From NCBI GenBank assembly GCA_946402335.1, contig CAMIWE010000003.1:2400-66399 (forward strand): 64,000 bases of DNA, written 5' to 3'. This DNA comes from an uncultured Lachnoclostridium sp. (GTDB lineage Bacteria > Bacillota > Clostridia > Lachnospirales > Lachnospiraceae). The notes under the pieces were generated by a model. It was given only the letters and a program-made list of their open reading frames with translations. It was not told the DNA's origin and searched no databases. This document shows, piece by piece, positions 33,222 through 42,227 of the stretch. Numbering within the stretch: the stretch's first letter is position 1; every line of letters begins with the position of its first letter. Made by a program: the position numbers and the translations under genes.

Positions 33222-33921
33222 ACTTATCCTGTGCCAGATTATGATTGTTGATGTTGCTGATCGTACGGATAATGTGCTCATGCGCCAGCTTCTCGGCAAG
33301 ATCCGCGTCACGCTTGCGAATGGCTTCAAGCATTGCCTGATGCTCTGCATTCGAGTTGGCCGCTCTTTCCGGATCGGAAAGCGTGATCTTACGAAGGCTG
33401 TGCACATACTGGTGATAGTCACGAAGCAGATGCCCTAAGATCTTGCTGCCGCTTGATGCATACAGCATCTCATGGAACTTCGAGTCCAGTTCGACAATCT
33501 GGTCAAAATGCTTTTTCTTAACGTGAAAATCGGCCAGATAGATAACTTCTTCAATCTCGTCAATCTGCTCCTCCGTAATATTCTCGCACGCCCATCTCGC
33601 GCACAAGCCTTCCAGGTAGGAACGGATCATGTAAATATCATGAATATCTTTATTGGAAATGCCGGCAACATAAGCTCCCTTGTTCGGAATAATCTTTACA
33701 AGACCTTCCAGTTCCAGCTGACGGAGTGCCTCACGAACCGGGGTACGGCTTACGCCGAGTTCCTCACCGATCGCTATCTCCTTTAATTCTTCTCCGGCTT
33801 CGTATTTGCCGGCAAGAATGTCTTCACGAAGTTTTGTAAAAACCATGCCCCGAAGGGAATACTTATCCGCGCTTTCTTTCGAAAAAACCTGCTCGTCCAT
33901 ATCATGCCTCTGTTCTTTCAT
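33220..33921 (-). CDS. GntR family transcriptional regulator, FadR/FCD subfamily
   Basis: It has an N-terminal wHTH (LKEIAIGEELGVSRTPVREALRQLELEGLV) and an all-helical FCD-like C-terminal domain. An alternative start at 33900 has the better RBS (AGAGG). Confidence 0.85.
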   Translation of the reverse strand: MKEQRHDMDEQVFSKESADKYSLRGMVFTKLREDILAGKYEAGEELKEIAIGEELGVSRTPVREALRQLELEGLVKIIPNKGAYVAGISNKDIHDIYMIRSYLEGLCARWACENITEEQIDEIEEVIYLADFHVKKKHFDQIVELDSKFHEMLYASSGSKILGHLLRDYHQYVHSLRKITLSDPERAANSNAEHQAMLEAIRKRDADLAEKLAHEHIIRTISNINNHNLAQDK

Positions 33922-33949
33922 TCATGCTTTCTAAAAGCATCCAAACAGA

Positions 33950-33959
33950 TTGTATACAC
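33950..33959. promoter_or_regulatory. Palindromic GntR-type operator candidate TTGTATACAC (core TGTATACA)
   Basis: The perfect 8-bp palindrome at 33951-33958 lies 30-50 nt upstream of the GntR start. It fits the generic GT-N-AC operator core of the GntR family. Confidence 0.4.
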
Positions 33960-33984
33960 AGATACAAGAAAAGTCAAGTAAATC

Positions 33985-34020
33985 CGAAAAAATCCCCCGT
34001 GCCTTGTGACACGGGGGATT
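33985..34020 (-). terminator. Rho-independent terminator of the pot operon
   Basis: The stem is AATCCCCCGTG / CACGGGGGATT, followed on the minus strand by TTTTTTCGG. Confidence 0.8.
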
Positions 34021-34062
34021 CGTGCATTGCATTTTAACCTTTTCAGCGGATAACCGAAGCGG

Positions 34063-35112
34063 TTAGTTCGTTGCCACAACCTTGATCCAAAGCTCGCCGA
34101 GCTTCTTTCTCAGGTTCTCATTGTCGTGGAAAATCTCATCCTTCTCATAATTACGGGGCAGATAAGCCTCGTTGTCCGCATATTCACCGTCGGCAGCAGT
34201 CACCTTTGCAAGGACGTCCTTGTTCGGAGAGGTATATCCTACGGTCTCGGTTCCGTCCATGCACTGGTCATAGTTCAGCATGAAGTTGATGAACTTGTTT
34301 GCAAGCTCCGGATTCTCTGCATTCTTCGGAATAACCATGGAATCATACCATACATTGGTGCCGCAAGCGGGCGTATAGTAACCCATGTTCGGGTTCTCGC
34401 TGATGATATCAACGGCGTCTCCGGAATAAACGATTGCAAGATCCATACGCTCAGCCTTCATGTTGTCGATAACTTCGTCGGTAACATATACGGGCTTCGT
34501 CGTCTTGTTCATCTCAATCAGCCAGTTGTATGCCTCTTCGATTTCGGCATCATCCTCGGTGTTGCAGGAATAGCCAAGCGTCTTTAAAGCGATCATGAAG
34601 CCGTCACGTGCGGAATCATACATATAAACGCGGTCCTTGTACTTCGGATCCTTAAAGATTGCGAAGCCCTCAGCCTCAAGGTCGGACAAAGGAACGTTCT
34701 TCTTGTTGTAGATGATACCTACGGTGCCCCAGAAATAAGGGATGGAATAATCATTGTCAGGGTCAAAGGAAAGGTTCTTCACCTGATCGGCAAGATTGCC
34801 CATGTTTGTGATTGCATCCTTATCGAGCTTCTGAAGATAGTTTTCCTTCAAAAGGCGCTCAATCGTGTAATCGGACGGAATCAATACGTCGTATTTGTCT
34901 CCGGCCTGAAGCTTGGTGTACATAGACTCGTTGGAGTCAAAGTTCTCAATGATAACCTGACAGTTATACTCTTTTTCAAAGTCAGCGATAACATTTTCTC
35001 CGAGATACTCGCCGGGAAGGAACAACTTCAGTTTTTCTTTCTTCTTTCCGCAGCCGGTCATTGCAAGCATGGCAATCACGACAAGGGAAACCATTACAAT
35101 AGCTTTCTTCAT
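34063..35112 (-). CDS. potD: Spermidine/putrescine ABC transporter substrate-binding lipoprotein
   Basis: The start ATG at 35112 follows GGAGG at 8 nt. The signal is MKKAIVMVSLVVIAMLAMTGC (lipobox). The body is PotD-like and sits in the potABCD gene order. Confidence 0.85.
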   Translation of the reverse strand: MKKAIVMVSLVVIAMLAMTGCGKKKEKLKLFLPGEYLGENVIADFEKEYNCQVIIENFDSNESMYTKLQAGDKYDVLIPSDYTIERLLKENYLQKLDKDAITNMGNLADQVKNLSFDPDNDYSIPYFWGTVGIIYNKKNVPLSDLEAEGFAIFKDPKYKDRVYMYDSARDGFMIALKTLGYSCNTEDDAEIEEAYNWLIEMNKTTKPVYVTDEVIDNMKAERMDLAIVYSGDAVDIISENPNMGYYTPACGTNVWYDSMVIPKNAENPELANKFINFMLNYDQCMDGTETVGYTSPNKDVLAKVTAADGEYADNEAYLPRNYEKDEIFHDNENLRKKLGELWIKVVATN

Positions 35113-35190
35113 TCTTATACCTCCGAATATTTGGAACAGGGTCTTGCCCGGTTCTGACAGTGTGAGCGGCATATGAAATTGCCTTTTTAA

Positions 35191-36012
35191 TCAATCCGTC
35201 ATCTCCGCCCTAAGGCGCGCTTCTTCACGCTCGCGGCGCTTAGCGTTGATGGCCGAGATCACATTGTAGATAATCAGGCCGAGCGTGATCAGCACGATAA
35301 CAACCGTGGAAAGCGCATTGATGGAAGGATTGGTTCTCTTTCGCATCGTGTAAACGACGATGGAAATGTTGTTCACGCCGTTGCCGGTCGCGAAGTACGA
35401 TATTACAAAGTCATCAAATGACATTGTAAACGCAATCAGGGCGCCGGAAATGATACCCGGCATGATCTGCGGAATGATAACCGAAACAAGCGTGCGCATC
35501 GGTGTTGCACCGAGGTCCATGGCGGCTTCCGCAAGGTTCGGGTCAAGGGAACGAAGCTTCGGCATAATGCTTAGGATCACATACGGGATACAGAACATAA
35601 CATGTGCGATCAGAAGCGTCATAAATCCCTTATTGATATGGAGCGCGCTGAAGAACATCAACAGGCCGATTGCCGTAACGATATCGGGGTTCATCATCGG
35701 CAGCTGGTTCACCTGCTCCACGCAGTTCTTAAGAATACGGTGGGATTTGGAAAGACCGATTGCGGTAAGCGTACCGATGATCGTGGAAACGATCGTGGCG
35801 ATTACGGCGATCAAAATGGTATATTTGATACCATCGATCATGTTCCGGTCATTTAACATCTTCTCAAACCAGCGGGTCGAGAAGCCTGCAAACTTTGTCA
35901 GCGACTTACTGGAATTAAAGGAAAATACGATCGTGTAAACAATCGGCGCATACAAAAAGATCACAAGAAGGATCATAAGGATGCCGCCGAATATGCGTTT
36001 CTTCGGTTTCAT
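35191..36012 (-). CDS. potC: Spermidine/putrescine ABC transporter permease
   Basis: 273 aa with 6 TM helices and an EAA-loop (EAAMDLGATPMRTL). Confidence 0.85.
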   Translation of the reverse strand: MKPKKRIFGGILMILLVIFLYAPIVYTIVFSFNSSKSLTKFAGFSTRWFEKMLNDRNMIDGIKYTILIAVIATIVSTIIGTLTAIGLSKSHRILKNCVEQVNQLPMMNPDIVTAIGLLMFFSALHINKGFMTLLIAHVMFCIPYVILSIMPKLRSLDPNLAEAAMDLGATPMRTLVSVIIPQIMPGIISGALIAFTMSFDDFVISYFATGNGVNNISIVVYTMRKRTNPSINALSTVVIVLITLGLIIYNVISAINAKRREREEARLRAEMTD

Positions 36013-36013
36013 C

Positions 36014-36844
36014 TTACGCCTCCTTCTTCTCGGTTACATCCACCTTCTTGGTGATGTACATCGAGACAATGATAATGATTGCCATGATCATCGAAATCGC
36101 ACTTCCGAAGTTCCAGTCACCGGAATGTAAGAAGTACTGCTCAATAACGTTACCGACGAGCATGTACTGTCCGCCTCCGAGCATGCTCGGAATACAGAAA
36201 CTGGATACCGCAGGCAGGAATACAAGCGTGATGCCGCTGATGATTCCCGGAAGCGACAACGGAAGCGTTACCCGAAGGAAGCTCTGGAACTTATTCGCTC
36301 CGAGATCATTGGCAGCCTCCAAAAGACTTCCGTCCATCTTCGTTAAGGACGTATAAATCTGCAGGATCATGAACGGAATAAAGTTATAAACCATGCCGAC
36401 GATTACGGCAAATTCCGTATACATCATCTGAATCGGACCGATGCCGATCCAGCCAAGCACCATGTTGATGATTCCGTCGTCCTGGAGGATACCGATCCAT
36501 GCGTAAGTACGCACAAGCATGTTGATCCAGGTCGGGAACGTAATGATCAGAACCCAGCGCATTTTAAAGGTCTCGCTGCATTTGGCGATATAATAGGCCG
36601 GATAATACCCGAGCAGCAGGCAGGCAATCGTCGTGATCGCAGCTACCTTCAGGGACCGGAGCAGCACCTTCAGAAACAGACTGTCGCTGAAGAACCGCGC
36701 AAAGTTATGCAGCGTAAATCTTGTTGTAACGACATCATTTCCCTTGGTCGTAAAAGCGTACAGAACGATCAAAAGCATCGGAGCCACGATCAGGATCAGC
36801 GCCCATACGATGTAGGGATATGTCATTCTTCGAAACTGTTTCAT
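36014..36844 (-). CDS. potB: Spermidine/putrescine ABC transporter permease
   Basis: 276 aa with an EAA-loop (EAANDLGANKFQSF). Confidence 0.85.
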   Translation of the reverse strand: MKQFRRMTYPYIVWALILIVAPMLLIVLYAFTTKGNDVVTTRFTLHNFARFFSDSLFLKVLLRSLKVAAITTIACLLLGYYPAYYIAKCSETFKMRWVLIITFPTWINMLVRTYAWIGILQDDGIINMVLGWIGIGPIQMMYTEFAVIVGMVYNFIPFMILQIYTSLTKMDGSLLEAANDLGANKFQSFLRVTLPLSLPGIISGITLVFLPAVSSFCIPSMLGGGQYMLVGNVIEQYFLHSGDWNFGSAISMIMAIIIIVSMYITKKVDVTEKKEA

Positions 36845-36860
36845 AGTATCCCTTTCCGCC

Positions 36861-38495
36861 TCAACCGATCTGCGACTTTTCCATGATGTGAAGATCTTCC
36901 GGATCGAAGGTCAGTCCGACAACCGAACCGATCTCGGTTTCCTTCGTGGTGTCTACACGGTATTCATAACCGCGGGTCTTAAAGGTTACGGGATACGTGC
37001 CCGGCGCTACGTTCGCCGGATCAAAATCATATTCTACGGAAACGATCTCAACAGGGTTTCCGTCCTCCAGGTCAAATGCCTGCGCATTGGCCCAGATCTT
37101 CAGGTCGGTCTCAAGCGCTACGCTCTCACCGATTTCGTCGGCCTTCTTAAAGAAGTTAACGGCGTAAATCTCTTCTCCGTGCTCTTCCGCTACGAAACGG
37201 TTCGGCTCCTGAACGATCATGTCGGCCGTCACACTGGTACCTGCGGAAGTATGGAACGTTACGGGGTAACGGCCGTTCTTCGTGCTCAGCTCATAATCCA
37301 GCTTCGTAATGGAAATACGTTCGTCGGTCGTTGGATTCCATGCCTGTGCATCCGCACGGTCGATAATGATTGCGTCCGCACTTCCCGGATTCTCGATCAT
37401 CTCGGAAACGTCGTCGGCATCCACATAAAAATCATTGGCGCTCATCATCTCGCCGGCAGCCTCATTGACAACCGGGCGGTCTTCGGAAACAATCATTTCC
37501 ACGGTGATGCTCGTACCGGCCTTCGTTTCAACTACGGTCTCATAGTGAACACCCTTGAAGAGCGTGGAACGAACGATTCCGCGAAGCTTGCCTTCCTTCA
37601 CCGGAACAATGTCCAGATCCTCGGGACGGATCACAACGTCAACCTTCTCATTGGTTCCGAAACCGGCATCCACGCAGTCAAACTGACGGTCCTCAAACAT
37701 AACCTTGTGGTCTTTGATCATAATGCCGTCCACGATGTTACTCTCGCCGATGAAGTTTGCAACGTAGCGGTTTACGGGCTCGTTGTAAATATCGGTCGGG
37801 GAACCGATCTGCTGGATGTTACCGTCCTTCATAATGACGATCTTGTCCGACATCGTCAAAGCTTCTTCCTGGTCATGGGTTACGAAAATGAAGGTGATTC
37901 CGACTTCCTTCTGAATCTTCTTCAATTCGCGCTGCATGCCTTTACGAAGCTTGGCATCCAAAGCTCCGAGAGGCTCGTCAAGGAGCAGTACCTTCGGCTC
38001 GTTTACAAGCGCACGCGCAATGGCAACACGCTGCTGCTGTCCGCCGGACATTTCGTAAATGGAACGTTTTCCGAAATCCTCAAGGCCGACCAGCTTCAGC
38101 ATACGCATAACCTTCTGATAGATCAGGTCCTTCGGCTCCTTCTTTATCTTTAAGCCAAATGCGACGTTATCAAACACGTTCATATGCGGAAACAATGCAT
38201 ATTTCTGGAACACCGTGTTCAAATCTCTCTTATAAGGAGGCAGGTCCTTGATGTCCACACCGTCGAAGATAACCTCTCCTTCATCGGGCATCAGAAATCC
38301 GCCGAGAATACGAAGAAGCGTCGTCTTGCCGCAGCCGGAAGGTCCGAGCAGCGTAACGAACTCATTCTCGTAAATATCCAGGTTAATACCCTTCAGGACA
38401 ACCTGTCCGTCAAACTTCTTAACAATATTCTTAAAAGAAATCAGCCTCTTGGGCATAATCGTCTCAATCTTTTCTTTCGTCTTTTTCTCACTCAT
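36861..38495 (-). CDS. potA: Spermidine/putrescine ABC transporter ATPase with a ~175-aa insertion in the C-terminal regulatory domain
   Basis: It has Walker [10 protein letters not shown], signature SGGQQQRV and Walker B LLLDEPL. At 544 aa it is far longer than the roughly 350-380 aa I expect for PotA. The usual C-terminal strand [20 protein letters not shown] is retained after the insertion. Confidence 0.85.
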   Translation of the reverse strand: MSEKKTKEKIETIMPKRLISFKNIVKKFDGQVVLKGINLDIYENEFVTLLGPSGCGKTTLLRILGGFLMPDEGEVIFDGVDIKDLPPYKRDLNTVFQKYALFPHMNVFDNVAFGLKIKKEPKDLIYQKVMRMLKLVGLEDFGKRSIYEMSGGQQQRVAIARALVNEPKVLLLDEPLGALDAKLRKGMQRELKKIQKEVGITFIFVTHDQEEALTMSDKIVIMKDGNIQQIGSPTDIYNEPVNRYVANFIGESNIVDGIMIKDHKVMFEDRQFDCVDAGFGTNEKVDVVIRPEDLDIVPVKEGKLRGIVRSTLFKGVHYETVVETKAGTSITVEMIVSEDRPVVNEAAGEMMSANDFYVDADDVSEMIENPGSADAIIIDRADAQAWNPTTDERISITKLDYELSTKNGRYPVTFHTSAGTSVTADMIVQEPNRFVAEEHGEEIYAVNFFKKADEIGESVALETDLKIWANAQAFDLEDGNPVEIVSVEYDFDPANVAPGTYPVTFKTRGYEYRVDTTKETEIGSVVGLTFDPEDLHIMEKSQIG

Positions 38496-38516
38496 CGCGG
38501 TTCCTCCGTATCATAA

Positions 38517-39050
38517 TCAGAAAATAGGCGGCGTGGAAATCCACAGCACCTTGGCGGTCTTTGAACTTTTATTGGAAAGGGTGTGGTCTTCTTTGCCTTT
38601 TAAATAGAAGGTTTCCCCTTTTCTCACAGGATTGGCCTTTCCGCCGACATCCAGGGTCACCATTCCGTCTAAGACAAATCCGAACTCCTCCCCGTTATGA
38701 GGATTTACGACAAAGGAGCGGCTTTTCGGAGGGATCTCGATCAGCACGGGTTCCATTTCATTCTTCTGGGAATTCGGCACGATCCAGTTGACAATGTAAT
38801 CGTCCTTCTCGTCTACGAAGAAATCGTTTTTATGAAATACGATCTTCTCCTGCTTCTCTTCACCGAAAAATTCGCCGAGAGAACTGCCGAGTGCCTCTAA
38901 AATATCATTTAACGTAACAATTGACGGCGAAGTCAGATTCCGTTCCACCTGGGAAAGAAATCCTTTCGTCAGTTCGCACCGGCTTGCCAGCTCTTCCAGC
39001 GTCAGATTCTGGCGCACCCGGATCTGCTTTAATTTGTGACCGATTTCCAT
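38517..39050 (-). CDS. XRE-family HTH + cupin domain transcriptional regulator (PuuR-like)
   Basis: The start ATG at 39050 follows GGAGGG at 6 nt. The HTH reads MEIGHKLKQIRVRQNLTLEELASRCELTKGFLSQVERN, and a C-terminal cupin is present. It lies directly upstream of potA. Confidence 0.8.
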   Translation of the reverse strand: MEIGHKLKQIRVRQNLTLEELASRCELTKGFLSQVERNLTSPSIVTLNDILEALGSSLGEFFGEEKQEKIVFHKNDFFVDEKDDYIVNWIVPNSQKNEMEPVLIEIPPKSRSFVVNPHNGEEFGFVLDGMVTLDVGGKANPVRKGETFYLKGKEDHTLSNKSSKTAKVLWISTPPIF

Positions 39051-39112
39051 GACAGCCCTCCGTTTATGAATACTAAACAAAAAATGTGCAAATAGTAAAC
39101 CAAACGACTACT

Positions 39113-39140
39113 ATTATACACATGTCAGTCCGAAAAGCAA
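39113..39140 (-). promoter_or_regulatory. Candidate promoter of the regulator-potABCD operon (-35 TTGCTT, 16 nt, -10 TATAAT)
   Basis: Minus-strand reading is TTGCTTttcggactgacatgtgTATAAT. Confidence 0.4.
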
Positions 39141-39316
39141 TAGCAAAATATCATTTTATAAAACTTTTTGTTTAGTAATGGAAAACACCATGCTTTTCGG
39201 GCCTTCCGGACCGGTTTACGGTGCGGTTTAAGCCTTAAAACATGGTGTTTCTTATACAATACAATTTGTGATAACAGGAACAGCCCAAAGGTATAACACC
39301 TTCGGGTCGCGATGCT

Positions 39317-40276
39317 TTATTCACTAACTACGTTTCGTTTGATTCCCATCAGATACGCCCGGATATTCAGGTATACTTCGTAGGCGCAGCGCTGTCTCGC
39401 TTCCTTCGTCGCCCAGCCGATATGCGGCGTAATGATCAGCTTCGTGGAATCCTTGATCGGATACAGGGGACAGTTCACGGACATCGGTTCCTCGCACAAT
39501 ACGTCAAGGCCTGCCCCGGCAATGAGTCCGTCCTGCAGGGCGTCTGCCAGATCCTCTTCGTTAATGATCGGTCCGCGCCCGAGATTCAGAAGAATTGCTG
39601 TCGGCTTCATCATCTTAAACTGCTCTCTTCGCATCATATCGCGGGTATTCAGATTTAGCGGCGCATGAATGGATACAATATCGGACAGGTGCAGCAGTTC
39701 GTTAAGACTCTTCCGTTCATACAAATCACAGTTATGTCGACCGCTGGTGCTGTAATAGATTACCTTACAACCGAATGCTTTCGCAATCTCCGCAACACGC
39801 ATGCCGATGGTTCCAAGCCCGATGATTCCCCAGGTCTTTCCGTGCAGTTCCCGAAACGGCATCGTAAAATGGCTGAAGACGTCATTTCTCGCGTATCCGC
39901 CCGTTTTTACGAAATTGTCATAGTAGGCAAGCTTCTCATACAGATAAAACAGTAACGCAAATGTATGCTGCACGACGCTTTCCGTCGAGTACCCTTTTAC
40001 ATTGGCCACATCGATTCCACGGCTGTTCGTGTACTCAAAATCCACATTGTTCGTTCCCGTTGCCGTAAGGCATACCAGCTTCACGTTCGGAGCGTTCTTA
40101 AGAAGCGATTCATTGACCGGAATCTTGTTCACCACAATGATATCCGCATCCTTGATGCGGTTCGCATTCTGTGACGGATCGGAAAGCGGATACGTCACAA
40201 CTTCCCCGAAATGTTCGAACATCTCAAGCGTCACGTCATCCCCAAGCGTATTGACTTCCAAAAAAACGATTTTCAT
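39317..40276 (-). CDS. D-isomer-specific 2-hydroxyacid dehydrogenase (glycerate/hydroxypyruvate reductase-like)
   Basis: 319 aa with the NAD-binding motif GIIGLGTIGMRVA and catalytic-region motifs (LNLGRGPIINE, TPHIGWAT). Confidence 0.85.
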   Translation of the reverse strand: MKIVFLEVNTLGDDVTLEMFEHFGEVVTYPLSDPSQNANRIKDADIIVVNKIPVNESLLKNAPNVKLVCLTATGTNNVDFEYTNSRGIDVANVKGYSTESVVQHTFALLFYLYEKLAYYDNFVKTGGYARNDVFSHFTMPFRELHGKTWGIIGLGTIGMRVAEIAKAFGCKVIYYSTSGRHNCDLYERKSLNELLHLSDIVSIHAPLNLNTRDMMRREQFKMMKPTAILLNLGRGPIINEEDLADALQDGLIAGAGLDVLCEEPMSVNCPLYPIKDSTKLIITPHIGWATKEARQRCAYEVYLNIRAYLMGIKRNVVSE

Positions 40277-40456
40277 AGGCGGTAACCCTCCTATATCACA
40301 GATTTCATAGGCATTTCGTGCATACCCGGCATGTTATTTGTGCCGTTCCCGACTTCATTATACACTACCTTTTCCCGAAATGAAATGCGGCATGTTATAA
40401 TTTCTGTCATTCTCTGAAAAATCTGTGTCCAACCTACGGAAAATACAAGTTTTTAT

Positions 40457-40485
40457 TTGAAATAATTCCTTTCCGGGACTATAAT
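40457..40485 (+). promoter_or_regulatory. Candidate sigma-70 promoter of luxS (-35 TTGAAA, 17 nt, -10 TATAAT)
   Basis: TTGAAA lies at 40457-40462 and TATAAT at 40480-40485. The RBS AGGAGG is 8 nt before the ATG at 40522. Confidence 0.5.
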
Positions 40486-40521
40486 AGGTATATTAAAGAA
40501 TTCATTTTAGGAGGTCTTCCT

Positions 40522-41004
40522 ATGAAACTCATAGAAAGTTTTAAAGTTGATCATACCCGCCTTCTGCCGGGTATTTACGTTTCCAGAAAGGACGATGTAA
40601 ACGGCAACGTCGTTACCACATTTGACATCCGCGTAACCCGTCCGAATTACGAACCCGCCATGAACACCGCCGAAGTTCATGCCATTGAGCATCTCGGCGC
40701 CACATTTGTCCGCAACGATCCCGAGTGGCAGTCCAAAGTTATCTATTTCGGACCCATGGGATGCCGCACCGGCTTCTATCTCATTCTGACCGGCGACCTG
40801 AAGGCTACGGATATCTATGATCTTGTAAAGAACATGTTTACGTTTATCCGTAATTATGATTCCGATATTCCGGGTGCTACGCCTGACTGCTGCGGCAACT
40901 ACCTCGACTTCAACCTGCCGATGGCAAGCTTTTATGCCGAGAAGTTCACGAATGAAGTACTGAACAACTTCACTCCCGAGCATTACACTTATCCGGAAGG
41001 CTGA
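40522..41004 (+). CDS. luxS: S-ribosylhomocysteine lyase (autoinducer-2 synthase)
   Basis: 160 aa: FKVDHTRL...HAIEHLGATF...GPMGCRTGFYL, with the HxxEH and Cys metal ligands. Confidence 0.95.
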   Translation: MKLIESFKVDHTRLLPGIYVSRKDDVNGNVVTTFDIRVTRPNYEPAMNTAEVHAIEHLGATFVRNDPEWQSKVIYFGPMGCRTGFYLILTGDLKATDIYDLVKNMFTFIRNYDSDIPGATPDCCGNYLDFNLPMASFYAEKFTNEVLNNFTPEHYTYPEG

Positions 41005-41070
41005 GTAAACCATGTAAGAAATGCTTCTGACTGCAGGAATTCACACTGCATAATCTAAGGACATAAGCAA

Positions 41071-41107
41071 CAAGACCACCGACTTTGGCCGGTGGTCTTG
41101 TTCTATT
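41071..41107 (+). terminator. luxS terminator
   Basis: The stem is CAAGACCACCG / CGGTGGTCTTG, followed by TTCTATT. Confidence 0.6.
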
Positions 41108-41149
41108 ACAAAATAGCAATGCCCTTCCCGGGAGGTCGGGAGGGCATTG
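41105..41149 (-). terminator. Terminator of the sugar ABC transporter operon
   Basis: An imperfect stem CAATGCCCT(T)CCCG / CGGGAGGGCATTG is followed on the minus strand by CTATTTTGT. Confidence 0.55.
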
Positions 41150-41192
41150 TATGCTGCCAGTATGACAGCCGCGAGGAGATTATGAAAAAAAA

Positions 41193-42227
41193 TCAGGTCT
41201 TCCTTTTCTTTGCCCGTTTACCGAGCACGATGCTCTGCAGCAGGATAAAGAAGCAAAGCATACCACCGGTAGTGATACTCTGCCACCACGGATCATTCAG
41301 TCCGCTGGCTACTACGATTTTCTTGATCGTAGTAAGGATCATCGTTCCGAAGAACGATCCGATGACATTTCCCACACCGCCCGTTAAAAGGGTTCCGCCG
41401 ATGATGGCCGAAGCAATTGCATTCATTTCCATTCCGGCAGCATTCGTCGAGTTTCCGGCGCCCGTGTGCATCATAAATACGAAACCGGCAATACCGCTTA
41501 ACAGACCGCTCAGGATATAACTTAAGAAGCGGGTTCTTTTTACATTGATTCCTAACATCAGCGCGCTCTGCTGGTTACCACCCATAGCGTAAAAGTTTCT
41601 TCCGAGACGGACATATTTTAATAACATCCACACAAGAATGACACAGGCCAAAGCAATAACGACACCCAGTTCCATTCGCGCGGGGATTTTGTTTCCGTTA
41701 TTGGCCGTGTACCCAAGCCAGGGAATCACAATTCTCTTTTCACGGAATGTATTGAAAGCCACATGGCTGACCTTCTGCGGATTAACCGAAAGGATGGTCG
41801 TCATTCCTCTTGCGAAGAACATTCCGGCAAGCGTAACGATGAACGGCTGAATTTCCAAATAACTGACAAGAAATCCGTGCACCAGCCCGAAAGCGAGTCC
41901 GATACCGACAGCCAGCAGTACCGCAACAAAGATATTTCCGCCTTTGTTCAGGTATAAAACGCAACTCATTACGACAAGCGACGTGACCGCGCCTACACTG
42001 ATGTCGATGCCGCCTCCAATCATGACAATCGTCAGACCGCAGGTCACAATGATAAGACTCGCGTTATCGTTCAGCATGTCGAAAACCTGCTGCACGTGCA
42101 GAAATCCGCCGCCGAACAGGATCATTGCAAGGATATACATTACAAAAAAGATTACGATTGTTATCGTCATCAGGAGCTGCGTATCATTTAACGGCTCTTT
42201 TCTTTTCCAAAATGCTTTATTCATCAC
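41193..42227 (-). CDS. Sugar ABC transporter permease (ribose/galactofuranose YjfF-like family)
   Basis: 344 aa, polytopic, of the BPD_transp_2 type. It overlaps the upstream permease by 4 nt. Confidence 0.85.
   Translation of the reverse strand: MMNKAFWKRKEPLNDTQLLMTITIVIFFVMYILAMILFGGGFLHVQQVFDMLNDNASLIIVTCGLTIVMIGGGIDISVGAVTSLVVMSCVLYLNKGGNIFVAVLLAVGIGLAFGLVHGFLVSYLEIQPFIVTLAGMFFARGMTTILSVNPQKVSHVAFNTFREKRIVIPWLGYTANNGNKIPARMELGVVIALACVILVWMLLKYVRLGRNFYAMGGNQQSALMLGINVKRTRFLSYILSGLLSGIAGFVFMMHTGAGNSTNAAGMEMNAIASAIIGGTLLTGGVGNVIGSFFGTMILTTIKKIVVASGLNDPWWQSITTGGMLCFFILLQSIVLGKRAKKRKT

Noticed and set aside
1676-38153. Many long plus-strand ORFs in the track. Examples: 1676-2785, 7228-8322, 14051-15466, 15791-16615, 21112-22605, 24225-25367, 36888-38153, 45124-45723 and 53713-54315.
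   Set aside because: Each lies antisense to a minus-strand gene with clear family motifs (serS, potA, pyrC, the giant proteins and others). Their translations are low-complexity and rich in R, I, L and C, with no recognisable motifs. They are shadow ORFs created by the codon bias of the real genes.
36861-38495. The long PotA as a frameshifted fusion of two genes.
   Set aside because: The canonical PotA C-terminal strand ([20 protein letters not shown]) reappears in frame after the insert, so it is an internal insertion rather than a fusion. I report it as a finding instead.
40507-41520. Track ORFs 40507-41013 (-) and 41092-41520 (+).
   Set aside because: The first is antisense to the unmistakable luxS gene. 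The second overlaps the terminator region and the 3' end of the sugar permease gene on the opposite strand. Neither has an RBS or recognisable motifs.
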